Below, one piece after another: positions 38,604 through 53,720 of a DNA stretch of 64,000 nt. The position numbers and the translations under genes are program-made. How positions within the stretch are numbered: the first letter of the stretch is position 1; the number at the start of each line of letters is the position of its first letter. The stretch is from Octopus vulgaris (Eukaryota), in assembly GCA_951406725.2 (NCBI GenBank), contig OX597816.1:8060001-8124000 (forward strand), written 5' to 3'. The notes under the pieces are model-generated. The model was not told the origin of the DNA. It worked only from the letters and a program-made list of their open reading frames with translations, and ran no database searches.

Positions 38604-39044
38604 CGTGTCTGTGTGTACAAGTTACCTCCCTTTGACTTTACTGTTTCCTTTTGACGGTCTTTTTCAAACAATGTCTATATTTCATTTTATTTCTGCTGGT
38701 CTCTTAATAATAAAACGTTATCCTACCGTGAAATAAAAACAAATGCATTTCCATCATCCTTACAAAAAGAATACTACTGCTACAAGCCATCAACGAGTGT
38801 AGCAAGCTGTATTATTTCATTTTAATACGCGAGTTCGAACACCATTTCGACTCCATTACGGTCTTAGCTTTTCTGTTACCCCCCCCCCTTTTAGTCAAAC
38901 ACTAATATATAATCTCATCGCTTCGAGATTAACTCCAGAATAAATCTTCACTGGTGCAAGAGGCGGCGAAGTTTGTAGCGATGGGGATGTGCTTGTGTGG
39001 TGTTCATGCCTTTCTGAAGGTTTGCCATCATAATCACAGCAGTG

Positions 39045-39212
39045 AATGTGTGTGTATGTGTGTGTGCTTGTGCATGCATGTATGTATGTGTGTATGTGTG
39101 TATGTATGTATGTATGTGTGTATGTATGTATGTATGTATGTATGTGTGTATGTGTGTATGTATGTATGTATGTATGTATGTATGTATGTATGTATATTTA
39201 TGTATGTATGTG

Positions 39213-39244
<32 letters not shown>

Positions 39245-39470
39245 TGTATGTATGTATGTATGTATGTATGTATGTATGTATGTATGTATGTATGTGTGTA
39301 TGTATGTATGTATGTATGTGTGTATGTATGTATGTATGTATGTATGTATGTGTGTATGTATGTATGTATGTATGTATGTATGTGTGTATGTATGTATGTA
39401 TGTATGTATGTATGTATGTATGTATGTATGTGTGTATGTATGTATGTATGTATATTTATGTATGTATGTG

Positions 39471-39502
<32 letters not shown>

Positions 39503-39520
39503 TATTTATGTATGTATGTG

Positions 39521-39552
<32 letters not shown>

Positions 39553-39732
39553 TGTATGTATGTATATTTATGTATGTATGTGTATATGTATGTATGTATG
39601 TTTGTATGTATGTATGTATGTATGTATGTGTGTATGTATGTATGTATGTATGTGTGTATGTATGTATGTATGTATGTATGTGTGTATGTATGTATGTATG
39701 TATGTATGTATGTATATTTATGTATGTATGTG

Positions 39733-39764
<32 letters not shown>

Positions 39765-39814
39765 TGTATGTATGTATGTATGTATGTATGTATGTATGTA
39801 TGTATGTATGTATG

Positions 39815-39845
<31 letters not shown>

Positions 39846-40035
39846 GTATGTATGTATGTATGTGTGTATGTATGTATGTATGTATGTATGTATGTATGTG
39901 TGTATGTATGTATGTATGTATGTATGTATGTATGTATGTATGTATGTATGTGTGTATGTATGTGTTATGTATGTATGTATGTATGTAAGTATGTATGTAT
40001 GTGTGTATGTATGTATGTATGTATGTATGTATGCA

Positions 40036-40068
<33 letters not shown>

Positions 40069-40231
40069 ATGTATGTATGTATGTATGTATGTATGTATGT
40101 ATGTATGTGTGTATGTATGTGTATGTATGTATGTATGTATGTATGTATGTATGTGTGTGTGTATGTATGTATGTATGTATGTATGTAAGTATGTATGTAT
40201 GTATGTATGTATGTATGTATGTATGTATGTA

Positions 40232-40262
<31 letters not shown>

Positions 40263-40417
40263 ATGTATGTATGTATATATGTATGTATGTATGTATGTAT
40301 GCATATTTATGTATGTATGTATGTGTGTATGTATGTATGTATGTATGTGTGTATGTATGTATGTATGTATGCATATTTATGTATGTATGTATGTATGTAT
40401 GTATGTATGTATGTATG

Positions 40418-40449
<32 letters not shown>

Positions 40450-40479
40450 TGTATGTATGTATGTATGTATGTATGTATG

Positions 40480-40513
<34 letters not shown>

Positions 40514-40585
40514 TGTATGTATGTATGTATGTATGTATGTATGCATATTTATGTATGTATGTATGTGTGTATGTGTGTGTGTATG
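39045..40585. repeat. ~1.5 kb (TATG)n array with recurring variant units
   Basis: Direct observation. Confidence 0.95.
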
Positions 40586-40737
40586 CTACAGCCTGCAAAG
40601 CGTCTTTATGCCAATTTATTTTGTAAGGCAAAATGTCACGTATATAATTATATATGTAGACATTTAGGTGTGTGTACGTGTATGTCTGTACACACACACA
40701 CACCCAGACATCTGTGTATGTATGTACCTGTGTGTGT

Positions 40738-40786
<49 letters not shown>

Positions 40787-40958
40787 CGCACGCATTCATG
40801 CATGTATTCATTTATACACTTCAAAAACGATTTTTTAAAAACTTTTTCATAAACCCACCGTTGGCAATGGAAGAATATTTTCATATCAAAAACAAATTGC
40901 TTAACGAGAAAATCTTGAGAAAAACAAAACTAGATCACCTGTCACTTTTGGGGTATTA

Positions 40959-41090
<132 letters not shown>

Positions 41091-41094
41091 TCCC

Positions 41095-41310
41095 TTTTTA
41101 TTTTAAGCACAAGTTCTGACGTTTGTGGGGGGTGGGGGTTAGTCGATTAAATCGACCCCATTACTCAACTGGTACTTGATTTATTGACCCCCAAAAGGAT
41201 GAAAGGCAAAGTCGACCTCAGCTGTATTTGAACTCAGAACGCAAAGAGCCGGAAGAAATGCCGCTAAGCAATTTGTCCGACGCACCAACGATTCCGTCAG
41301 TTTGCCCCCC
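41095..41310 (-). mobile_element. Meta-type SINE copy
   Basis: GGATGAAAGGCAAAGTCGACCTC core in reverse orientation. Confidence 0.75.
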
Positions 41311-42126
41311 CCTCCGCCGTCATTCAAATCACTTGCTGATAAAATCACTGATCTCTCTTTTTGACATTTTTTAACCATTTTTTTTTACGAAATATTTCGT
41401 ATAAATATTAACCGACGTCGGACCAAAATGGCCAGAAATATATTATTTCGTCTCCCTCCTAGCAAGCTTCCTCTCCGATAAAAAGAAAATATATATATTT
41501 ATATATTTATATAAACACCAGGACATAATCAAGAAAGGAGAGATTGGATTGAAACAATTATATTTCTCATTTAAGAAATCTTCCTTTCTGTTATTGAATC
41601 ATCTCTGAACTTCCCAACATTCCTGACTCAAGTCGATCTAAATCTTGCTCTGTATCACTTTTTAGAAACTTGTAGCTTTCTACCAATGTTGTTCGTTTCA
41701 TTACTGCGCTTCAAGTCAGCAACAATCGTGCAGACCTGTCATTAAACACGTTCCGACCGTGACCATCTCGCCTTTTAATCAGTGTCTCTAATTATCAAAT
41801 ATTTCCTGTATTTTCAATTAAAGCTATTGTAGTAGTTGTGATAGGAGGGAGGTTTGGCTGCTATTTCTAGCGTAGAGTTCGTTTCCTTCCTCGCTAGCTG
41901 CTGGTGACTGAGCTTATTGTTAGAGACCAAAGAAAACGGAACTATCAACTAAATCCGAAGTCTATTGCTTTATCAAAATATTTATTGAAGGCAGTCGACA
42001 GCATTTCGCAGTTGCATTCAGATGTGTGTGTGTGTGTGAGATAAGTGTATTTGGATAAAATGCGCACACGTATGTATGCATAGATGCGTGCATGTATGTG
42101 TGTGTGCGTGCGTATACACACACACC

Positions 42127-42160
<34 letters not shown>

Positions 42161-43255
42161 CATGTATACGAATGAATATACAGTTGTATTTATGTATGCA
42201 TTCGGTTATTAGATTGTATACTCTCACACGTTTAGTTTCAGATTATACTCTTCTTGCGAGTGTATACATATATCTATACACTCACACACACACACATTAT
42301 ATATATATATATATATATATATATTACTCTACCACTGGTATTTGAGTACTCTTTTTTCCACCTTGTTTCACATTTATGTGTTTACTCCGGTATATATATA
42401 TATATATATATATTCATATAGATATATATGCATGCTCGCATACGCGCTTACACACATACGTAAATATATATGTGTGTGTGTGTGTAAAACATGCTTATAC
42501 ATACATAAAAAGTTAAATTTTCTCATAAAGTACGTCTTTAAGTATACTTCACAATTTATGGAGTGTATTAAGAATTGCTCATTGCAAGCGAAATCGTTTC
42601 CCTTATCCTTCTATATATATATATATATATATATACATATATACATATATATACATATACGTGCGTGTGTGTATGGGTGTGTGAGCGTGATACGTGCTAC
42701 AAACGAAATTCGGCTTATCACACACACACGCACGCACACGTGCACACACACACACACACACACACACAGTCAGTCAGTCAGTCCGTCACCCACGAACGGG
42801 TAACGCTTGCTTTTAAGCGTGTAACATGCTTTCGCTGTTTGCTTTTAGATCGCCAGCAGACATCGTCACCTTCTCGGCTCTTCCCACCTTTTTCTCTCAC
42901 CCAAACAGCTTCTTCTCCTCCAAATGTGTCACAGCCAGAAGGACAGACAGACAGACAGCTGCACCTGTACTCAGCTGTACTCAGCTGGTGCTCGTTTTTC
43001 CAACTAAGTACACCGGAGAGCAACCTGAAACGAAGTGACACAATGCATCGCCCCGTGCAGGAATTGAACTCGACTGATCGTGAACCGAACACTGTCACGC
43101 GCCTTCCGGTGTGTTTGCGTGTGTGTTAGTGTGTGCACGCGCTTGTATGACTGTATATATGTATGTTCGTACGTATGTGTGTGTATACGTGCAGCACATA
43201 CATACACACACGCGTATATATAGCATTTACATACATACATACATTATATATATGA

Positions 43256-43333
<78 letters not shown>

Positions 43334-43417
43334 ATATATATATATATATATAACGTGGTACTATAGTCAGTGTTTCGACTGCTATTTCGGCATGTTGGTG
43401 TCTTTTAGACACCCTCA

Positions 43418-43462
<45 letters not shown>

Positions 43463-43749
43463 TGTGTGTATGTATGTGTGTGTATATATATATATATGCA
43501 TATATGTATTTTGTATATAAACCCATCCTCGGAATTACTATATGGCCACCATGCCAGTAGCAATCAAGGTATTTCATTATTTTAACCCTCTGCAGGCAAA
43601 AGTTTTCATTGTTTATTCGAAACGAATGTCTACAAATTTGAAACATTAACGGGACAGACTCTTACTTTCTTTTCATTTGTGGGATCTCTCCATATTAGAG
43701 GCTTCGGTTTTCATATATAGCATATTTCTCAGGGTTTAATCAAAGAAGT

Positions 43750-43819
43750 TATAATAATAATAATAACAATAACAATAATAATAATAGTAATAGTAATAGT
43801 AATAATAATAATAATAATA

Positions 43820-43865
<46 letters not shown>

Positions 43866-43879
43866 TAATAATAATAGTA

Positions 43880-43961
<82 letters not shown>

Positions 43962-44100
43962 TAATAATAATAATGATAATAATAATAATGATAATAATAA
44001 TAATGATAATAATAATAAATTCGTTTATTGGCCACAAGAGCTAATAATAATAATAATAATAGTAATAATAATAATAATAATAATGATAATAATAATAATG

Positions 44101-44142
<42 letters not shown>

Positions 44143-44153
44143 GTAATAATAGC

Positions 44154-44238
<85 letters not shown>

Positions 44239-44310
44239 GTAATAATAATAATAATAATGATAATAATAATAATAATAAATTCGTTTATTGGCCACAAGGA
44301 CTAATAATAA
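43750..44310. repeat. (TAA)n array containing two ~25-bp LINE 3'-end-like stubs
   Basis: AAATTCGTTTATTGGCCACAAG at 44017 and 44277. Confidence 0.9.
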
Positions 44311-44912
44311 TCTTTCCCTGCAGTAATAAAATCGTTTCATCGAACTGGGACCCACTACTACCCTGTTACACGATATTCTAAAGATAGGAGCCGCATCTCC
44401 CTGAAATTACCTCCCAACCATTACAAATATAGAGGGGAACACCAGATAATACAGCAATGTAGACACAGAATCTATAGAAAGACCGGCTTTGATCGCACGT
44501 CTCCTCCTCTCTTGGAAGGCTGACCTCACTAAACAACAACAACAAGAAATATCAATGGCGAGGCCGACATTTTAGAGAGGCTGGTCACCAATGTATTCGC
44601 TCTCCCTTGAAACGGCTTCGCTTTTTCCTTATGTATGATGGCCACAACATCGCCTTCCTCTTCTATGGGAATATGTCAGCTTGTCAAAGGACGAGAGACA
44701 GAATTGGTGTTGGAATATAAAACGATCGGACCACAATACATACGGGGCGCGTGCGCGTGTCCTGTGTAAATATATATATATAGATATATAGATATGTGTA
44801 CACACACACAAATATATACTTTAAATACTTGTGGGTTTATGCGTGCATAAAATTATATACTTATATTTGAGTATATATGCATACACACGAACACGAGTGT
44901 GTCTGATGTATG

Positions 44913-44961
<49 letters not shown>

Positions 44962-45103
44962 TATATATATATATATATATGTAGTATATAATATATATAA
45001 TAATATATATATGTAGTATAAAAAATTTGAATGGCGGTGCCCCAGCATGGCCACAGCTCGTGAGCTGAAACTAGATAAAATGAAAAAAATGAAAAAAAAA
45101 ATT

Positions 45104-45158
<55 letters not shown>

Positions 45159-45679
45159 TGTATTAACTATATATATATATATATATGTTTGGATTAACTG
45201 TATATATATATATATATGTAGTTCATGCATTTACATATTTTCCTCTCTCTCTCTCTCTACACACACACACACTCAGACAACTTTGTGTGTAGAGGTAATA
45301 ATAAAAACTGATACGAAAGCTATATACACGATTCGATGGGTGTTTAATAACCATCGGAGTGTATACAATGTGTCTTATATACGTGTGGTTTCGCGTAAAA
45401 TACGTTTTATGTGGAGTAAATGACATGGTATAATAAATATAGTTCTCTACAACAACAAAATCTGTGAGGTTCCCAGTATTTATTTGGTGTATAAATATAT
45501 TTTGGTTCTGGGGAGTGTTTATTGCATTCGTGTTTGGTGTGTGTCGAACAAGACGGTTGTAAATGGGTTGCGTGTTGAATGGATTGTTTCATATGAATAT
45601 AATAATATTCAGTAGTCGTTAAGTGTATATATACTGCGTGCGTCGTACGAGTCCTGTATATATACATGTCTGTATATAG

Positions 45680-45890
45680 TAGGAGGTGTTGAAAAGTTCC
45701 TGGTTTTGGGTAAAGAAGAAAAAAATAGAATTAATAATGATTTTATTCAATATATTCTCCTCTCGGATTCACTTATTGCAGTGGTCCTTCAGTTTTTCTA
45801 AGCCCCGTAAAAGAACTCCGAAGGTTCGAACCTCTAGCCAAGCCTTTCGCGACACCCTTAAAGCCAGGAACTTTTCAGCAACCCATCGTA
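45680..45890. mobile_element. Mariner-derived MITE
   Basis: Imperfect TIRs GGTGTTGAAAAGTTCCTGG and CCAGGAACTTTTCAGCAACC. Confidence 0.65.
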
Positions 45891-47549
45891 CACATCCTGT
45901 ATTTACACACACATATACACGCGCGTGTGTATGCATATATACATGTGTATGTGTGCCTGTGTGTAGTCATACGTTACCATATGCATATATTTACGTATAT
46001 ACCTATGTTACACATACTCATGTATATATACATACATATCATGTATGGAGTACTTTTCCTGTTGCTTTTACCTTAACGATATAGTAAACCACACACACAC
46101 ACGCATGTATATATATATACACACACACGTCTCGCATGCATTTCTACAAAATATAACTTAGGAAAGAAAGAGAGTGTGTGTGTGTGTGTGTGCGAGCGAG
46201 TGAGAAGGACCACTACACGTGTGATTTCAACTCGTCCCTATTTCTTGCAATGTCCCCTCATTCAGAAGGGATTAACTGAAATCCACATCGTCTTCCTATT
46301 ATTTCTTTAATATCTTTCTGTATATTGTCCCCTGTTCTTATAACGAGCTCCCTACTTATAAACCGTGTTGTGGGCCTATTTTTCATAAAATCTCCCACCT
46401 TTCTTCTCCCCTTTCATTTCGTTAGTTTTAATATCAACCAACGATTAATATTTCTTAGACATTTCAGGTCTTTTTCCCTGCTACATAAGACAGGACGGAC
46501 TAACCGCAGATCTAACTCTAATATCTCCACCACCATCACCACCACCACAACTACCAGCACTATAACCCCCCCACCGTCTACAGCAACACGAGTTAGACTA
46601 CTCTGTCTATATTTACTGTAACACATAGACTATATTTACTATTTCCTCTACGTTAACAGCCATTGTTAAAACACTTCTACGAAATTTTAATCTATTATTC
46701 GCCCAATAATAATAATAAATACGTATTTATCAATAACAGCTAATTTTTTTATTTAGTCAACGATCAATTTTCTATCTGCTGTAGTTATCGAGTTACACAC
46801 GGAAAAGATGTCGTTTGATCTTCCATACATTTTCTTATCGAATCTAATCATCACCAAGCGGAACATCGATAATGATAAAATAAAATGAATAAATAATATC
46901 GGATAATCATAAAATAGAAAAGAAACAGATATTTCGTAATTGACTTAAGGCGTAGAATAAGAACCGATCCTTGTGACGGCCATATTTAGTTTACGGAAGC
47001 TCTTAATTACATTAATAACTAAACTATATTAAGAATTCGATAACAACTATGTGATTTATCTCAGTGATATATTAAAACGGTTATCAAAAGGTTAAAAGTT
47101 AAAAGATTATGTGATTAACTAGAAATTTCAATTACTTCTTCAAAAATATCCCAGTTAAAACTACATTAGTATTTCTCTAGCCCGATTATTAATCCCTGGC
47201 ACGAAACAAGATGATATAATTATTTTTCGTTCTTTAAACTGAAAACCACCAGTAACCATATTCATTCTAGTTTATTATTATTAAATATAGATTTTTTTAA
47301 AAAGGTCTCAGTCCAGCATTTATTCACAGACACCAATCTTTATTTTCTCCGTTTTCGCCTAGAAACGAATTATCTGCTGCGGACGATTAAACATTAACTC
47401 GATTACTTTGAGTATTGGGTATTTATTTTCCTTTAATATCACTTACATACACGCGCACACACGGATGTATGTATGTATGTATGTATGTATGTATGTATGT
47501 ATGTATGTATGTATGTATGTATGTATGTATGTATGTATGTATGTATGCA

Positions 47550-47932
47550 TAGGTGCAGGAGTGGCTGTATGGTAAGTAGCTTGCTTACCAACCACATGGT
47601 TCCGGGTTCATTCCCACTGCATGGCACCTTGGGCAAGTGTCTTCTACTATAGCCTTGGGCCGACCAAAGCCTTGTGAGTGGATTTGGTAGACGGAAACTG
47701 AAAGAAACCCATCGAATATATGTATATATGTATGCGTGTGTATATATTTGTGCGTCTGTGTTTGTCCCCCCCCCCCCAACATCGCTTGACAACCGATGTT
47801 CGGCAAAAGAGACCGATAGAATAAGTACTAGGCTTCCAAAGTATAAGTCCTGGGGTCGATTTTCTCGGCTAAAGGCGGTGCTGCAGCATAGCCGCAGTCA
47901 AATGACTGAAACAAGTACAAGAGTAGAAGAGA
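47550..47932 (+). mobile_element. SINE family 2 copy
   Basis: Head and tail motifs as at 21737-22140. Confidence 0.85.
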
Positions 47933-48034
47933 ATAGGTATGTATGTGTGTATGTATGTATGTATGTATGTATGTATGTATGTATGTATGTATGTATGTAT
48001 GTATGTATTATGTATACGTGCATACAAAAATATA

Positions 48035-48310
48035 AAGCCTTGTAAGTGGATTTGGCCGACGGAAACTGAAAGAAGCCCGCCGTAAATATATATGTATGTG
48101 TGTGTTTGTCCTTCACCAACGCTTGACATCCGAGGCTCTTTTGGTATTTTACGTCCCCGTAACTTAGCGGTTCAGCTGGAGGGTACGATAGAATAAATAC
48201 CAAGCTTAAGAAAACAAGTAATGGGGTCGATTTGTTCGACTCAACCCTTTCAAGGCAATGCCCCAGCATGGCCACAGTCCACTGACTAAAATAACTAGAA
48301 GGTAAAAAGA
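48035..48310 (+). mobile_element. Diverged SINE family 2 copy, 5'-truncated
   Basis: GGAAACTGAAAGAAGCCCG..CCAGCATGGCCACAG. Confidence 0.7.
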
Positions 48311-48960
48311 TATACATACATACATACATACATACATACATACATACATACATACATACATACATACATACATACATGCATGCATACACACACATACATA
48401 CATGCATACATACATATATACATATATACATACATATATACATACATGCATACATATATACATACATGCATACACACATACATACATACACACATACATA
48501 CACACATACATACATACATATATACATACATGCATACACACATACATACACACATACATGCATACATACATGCATACACACATACATACATATATACATT
48601 CATACATTCATACGTACATACATACATACATACATATATACATACATGCATCCACACATACATACGCACACGCATTCATACGTACGTACATACCTGCATA
48701 CACACACATACATACATACATACATACATACATACATACACACATACATACATACATATATACATTCATACGTACATACATACATACATATATACATACA
48801 TGCATACACACATACATACATACATATATACATTCATACATTCATACGTACATACATACATACATATATACATACATGAATACACACACACATACATACA
48901 CACACACATACATACATACATACATACATACATACATACACCCACACACACACCCACACA
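48311..48960. repeat. (CATA)n compound array
   Basis: Direct observation. Confidence 0.95.
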
Positions 48961-49499
48961 TCATAAAGTCCATTATATTCGATGTTAACAGATAAAAGTC
49001 CATACCACAGATATTAAAGTAAAGCGATATATTTAATGGCGGAAAGATTAACAAGAACCACCCAAATCCAAGTCAAAAGAAGACTAAGTTACCTACAATC
49101 GACGCCGTTTGATATATTATTGTTTTTTAAAGAATTCTTTCTCTTTTCGCAACAGTCTCAATGATTTATCTAGAATGTTGTTTTGGCGAAGTTGCTGAAC
49201 ACACTCCACATCCTTTCGCGTTTTTTTGTTTGTTTTTCTTCTTCGGTTTCCGACATTTTTGATGACAGAAATTCTGATTTTGCCAAGATTTTTTCAAAAG
49301 TTCGTAAACCTCAATGCCGTTGCGAATAGAGGATAATATTTATCGAATGATACAGGTATGGCGATTTACATTCAGTCCTGTAAACACATATATATATATA
49401 CATTCATAGAAACCGGCTTTCAGCTACATACATACATGAATGATGATGATGGCTACCCCCCTCGTTATCGAGTATGGCCATTGCACAAAGCTTAACTGC

Positions 49500-50097
49500 T
49501 ATTGGTGTTGTGATCGAATGTGACAACGCCACTACACTAAAAAGATTGAGACAGTGCAGTGGATGAACTATAGGAATAGGCTGAGAAAACTACAGCTCTA
49601 CTCCTTGGAACGAAGGCGTAACAGATACGCAATAATATAGATATGGAAAATCCTAGAAGGGCTAGTACCTAACTTTGGCATTGAGTGTTATACAAATGCC
49701 AGAACCGACCACCATTGTATTGTACCAAAGGTACCGTCCACTCCATCTAAATTCAGGACCAGGTATTGCAATAGTCTAGGGTTCAAAGGCCCACAGCTCT
49801 TCAGTGCTCTGTCACAAAAATTAAGAAATTTCCGTAGATGTCTTCAAAAAGTAGATGTCTTCAAAAAGGAACTGGACATCCTCCTATCCACAACACCGGA
49901 TGAACCAACAGCCCGACATGAGGTGCAGACGAGGGCAGCGGAATCTAACTGAATTATACATCAAATGTACCAACAGCTGGGGAAAAGGTGCATACAGGAG
50001 TGGTGATGTGAAACACGCAGTCTGAGGAAGTCAGAAAGACCATGGTGGTGCTCCAGCATGACCGCAGCCGCATGGCTGAAACGAGTAAAAAAGTAAA
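49500..50097 (+). mobile_element. CR1-like LINE 3' fragment
   Basis: MNYRNRLRKLQLYSLERRRNRY..WKILEGLVPN..FKKELD; 3' end GGTGCTCCAGCATGACCGCAG. Confidence 0.8.
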
Positions 50098-50216
<119 letters not shown>

Positions 50217-50224
50217 ATATATAC

Positions 50225-50540
50225 GAGCAAAACGCCCCCCCCCCCACGTCCAATGGACGGTGCCGAGTTGTCAAACATTTAAACCAAATTTTCTCAAAAC
50301 AACTTGTCCAATTTTTCTCGCGTATCGATCGCAACAGCTGATGTACTTGCGCGTACAAATGCACGTTCCCACGGCTTTATCGATCGCACTCTCACCTGGA
50401 ATCGATTTTTGTAATTTTTTCAAGTCTTATACACGCCCTGATACCGTCGGTATCTACATATCAAATTTGAGCGCAATCGGACGGAGGATGCCCGAGATCC
50501 TAGAAGACACACAGACAGAACGGATTTTATATAATAGAGA
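50225..50540 (-). mobile_element. Helitron/Helentron-like non-autonomous fragment
   Basis: Minus-strand start TCTCTATTATATAAAATCCGTTCTGTCTGTG resembles the Helitron 5' end at 37982. Confidence 0.45.
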
Positions 50541-50557
50541 TATGTGTGTGTGTGTAT

Positions 50558-50862
50558 GAAGGTGCGTAGTTTAGTGGTTAGGGCATTCGGCTTACGATCG
50601 GAGGGTCGTGAGTTCAATTCCTGGCGACGCGTAGTATCCTTGAGCAAGACATTTTATTTCATCCTGCTCCAGTCCTCCTAGCTAGCAAAAATGAGTAGTA
50701 TCAAGGTCAGCCTTGTCACATTCTGTGTCACGCTGAATATATTAAGTGTACATGTGTCTGTGGAGTACTCAACCACTTGCACGTTAATTTCACGAGTAGG
50801 TGTTTCCGCTGATCGGATCAGCTAGAACCGTCGTCGTCGTAAATGACGGAGTGCCAGTTAAC
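50558..50862 (+). mobile_element. tRNA-derived SINE, CORE-like
   Basis: TAGTTTAGTGG A box, GAGTTCAATTCC B box, then TCCTTGAGCAAGACA. Confidence 0.7.
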
Positions 50863-50885
50863 GCACGCACACACGCACACACGCA

Positions 50886-50991
<106 letters not shown>

Positions 50992-51149
50992 CATACACAC
51001 ACACAGGGGGAAGTCAAGAATTTCCCCCACTTTCGCCCCATAACTTTCTTTAGGTCGGTCACACTGCTTTCAGTGCTTCCATGCTGAAAGGGGAAGGTAC
51101 TGTTGTGCTCATGTAACCAAGACTTGACCTTGACCACTCAAGTTTTCTT

Positions 51150-52060
51150 CCTTGTGTTACAGAGTAAACACGGCCACTCTGTTGGCAGTGTGCACCGAGG
51201 AAGAACAATAGTTCAGTGATCCAATTTCTCTGGTCTTAAGGTGTGTCAGGGACAGTAATTCATTATAGGCTTTCAGTACAATAAGGGGACATCTCTCTAC
51301 CACGTAGAAGTGTGTATAAGTGGATCAAGAAGTTTAAAAAATGGCTGGACGAGCATGAAAAGAGAGAGCAGGATGTTCATCAACTCCACCATTAACATGA
51401 ACATTCAGCAAGCTCAAGAGATGGTTCTGGTGAACTGACGAATGACCAGCGATAAAGTGTCAAGTTCACTGTAAATTATTCATGGTTCTACTTGCGAAAT
51501 CGACCGCGACAAGCTTGTGTAAAGACTATACAAGATGGGTGACTACAGAGCTTACCAAAGCACTTAAGCGCATTGGTGTGGAGTTTAGTCAACGCTTACT
51601 CGACCGCTACAACGATGAAAGTGAAGCAGTTTTGAAGAGAGCAATTGCAGCTGGTACTTGGTTCCATCACTTTGAGCCAGAATCTTAAACGCAGAGTATG
51701 AAGTGGAAACACTCGGAATCGCCAGCGGAAAAGAAACCCAAGCCTTATCCAGTTTTGGGGATGCAAAAGGTCCTATATATATAACCAGCAATTCACAGCA
51801 AACGCTGAGCTCTGTTGCAAGTGTTATTGTTGAAAGACAATTCACGACCACATACGGCCCTTTTGGACTGCTCCAATATCCTTTACGAGGTTGACGATTT
51901 GCTACGGTCGAAGAAGCACAGGAAGCGGTGCATAATTGGCTGCGCGACCAGCCGAAACCTCATCTCTGGTGGAGTAAGTAAGCTTGTAGATCGCAGGAAG
52001 AAGTGCATCGAAAAGCAAAGAGATTATGTCAAAAAAAAAAATGTAATTGTATAAATTTTC
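51150..52060 (+). pseudogene. Degraded mariner transposase
   Basis: VYKWIKKFK, RWV..EL, TWFHHFEPES, RKKCIEK..DYV remnants. Confidence 0.6.
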
Positions 52061-52088
52061 TGTAAATTCCAACTACACGCACACACAC

Positions 52089-52124
<36 letters not shown>

Positions 52125-52186
52125 CGGTGCATCAGCATGGCCGCAGCTCTGAGCTGAAACTGGAAAAAAATACATACATACATACA

Positions 52187-52225
<39 letters not shown>

Positions 52226-52229
52226 TAGG

Positions 52230-52459
52230 TATGTGATTAGCAGCTGTCCTAAAATGTCGCCACGGTACTACCTTCCGATGTTGTTGCTAAAACAATTTAC
52301 AATGCCATCTGCAAAAAAGACTGTCCTGAAATAAATTTAGAAAATCGCCTCCATCATCAGAATAGAGACTTTACATTTCAGATTTTAATGCAGAGATGTT
52401 CAAAGATGGATGCTACTAAGTGTCTTCTATACAGAGAATATCTGGATCTCATCTGTGAA

Positions 52460-52534
<75 letters not shown>

Positions 52535-53340
52535 TACCGTAAATCCTCGAGTATAGTCCGCCCTTGAGTATAATACGCAGGGGATTTTTAGGAGGCTGTA
52601 CCTCTGAAAAACCTAAACCTTGTGTATAATACGCACCCCTTCTCTAACTTGAGTCAAGGGGGTTTATAAAACGTCCTTGGTTTGTAAAACTGTATAAAGT
52701 AACATCCTTTATTATTATTGTATATATAACATAATGCAAACGTGTAGCTTTTTTGTGCATTTTGTTTGCACAAAATAAAGAAATAACAGTAATAACGTTT
52801 AATAAATGTTGCTTGCTGTAAGTTATGGATGATTCTTTTATGACTTCATAAACACCAACTCAAGGAATACAGGTGGAATATTCCTATCAAAACTTCTATC
52901 AAATATAAGAATGACAGGCCGGATATTACTGTTTGGGGCAGAGGGGCAAAGGTATGAGCTGTCATATAGTTTAGGTGCCCTGCAGATATAAATATCTCTT
53001 TGAAAGTCAAAGAAAAAGAGGATGTCTATGGACAACTGTTTCGAAACCTCCAGCTTCTATATCCAGATTGTGAATTCATACTCATACCAATAATAATTGG
53101 TGCACTAGGTTTTGTTTGTAAATGCTTAAAGGAGAATCTGGATAAACTGGGATTTTCAAAAGGAGAAAATGACAGGCTAATTCGTACATGTGAGTGGAAC
53201 AGTAAAAATATGCAAGACTTTTCTCAAGTTCCAAATATGAATTTGTCTGTGTTAACTACATCCTAAAGATGGGGTCTTGTATCTTTGATGGAAACCGGCT
53301 CCCTCCTCAGTGGAAGATATAGAATAATTAAAAAGAGAGG
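52230..53340 (+). mobile_element. R4/Dong-like (restriction-like endonuclease) LINE 3' fragment, interrupted by a duplicated segment
   Basis: VISSCPKM..VAKTIYNAICKK, then WNIPIKT..DRPDI..CPADINI..KEDVYG..IPIIIGALG. Confidence 0.75.
52348..52849 (+). repeat. Diverged copy of 55303-55741 (flank plus left part of a Tigger-like MITE)
   Basis: Collinear from CCTCCATCATCAG to TTTATGACTTCAT; CA tract expanded. Confidence 0.9.
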
Positions 53341-53406
53341 AGACATACATACATATATACATACATACATACATACATACATACATACATACATACATAC
53401 ATACAT

Positions 53407-53443
<37 letters not shown>

Positions 53444-53529
53444 TACACACACACACACAGATATATAAAAATATGTACCTCTCCTGTCTAACTACCTTTG
53501 TCCAATCAGTCGCCATGATTGACCCCTAT

Positions 53530-53708
53530 CTCCAAAAGTTTTTCATTTTCTCTCTTATTTCTCTGCTTATTTCCCTGTGTTCCTTTCTGTTGAAGAGCAT
53601 AGGCTCGAAACGTAAAAGACTTTCTTACCTTCCCAAGTGTTAAACTAATACCCTTGCTTGTTGTTTATACACCTGTCTTCGTCTTTTGTTTTTCTATAAA
53701 TTTCAACT
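53530..53708 (+). mobile_element. Short retrozyme-like element with hammerhead-like motif
   Basis: CTTT CTGTTGA A GAGCATAGGCTC GAAACGTA AAAG; ends in (TA)n. Confidence 0.65.
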
Positions 53709-53720
53709 ATATATATATAT

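Noticed and set aside
38954-40852. MYVC/HTYI repeat ORFs (also 32732-33335, 47898-49054 and the poly-YI, poly-I, poly-L ORFs)
   Set aside because: Translations of microsatellites
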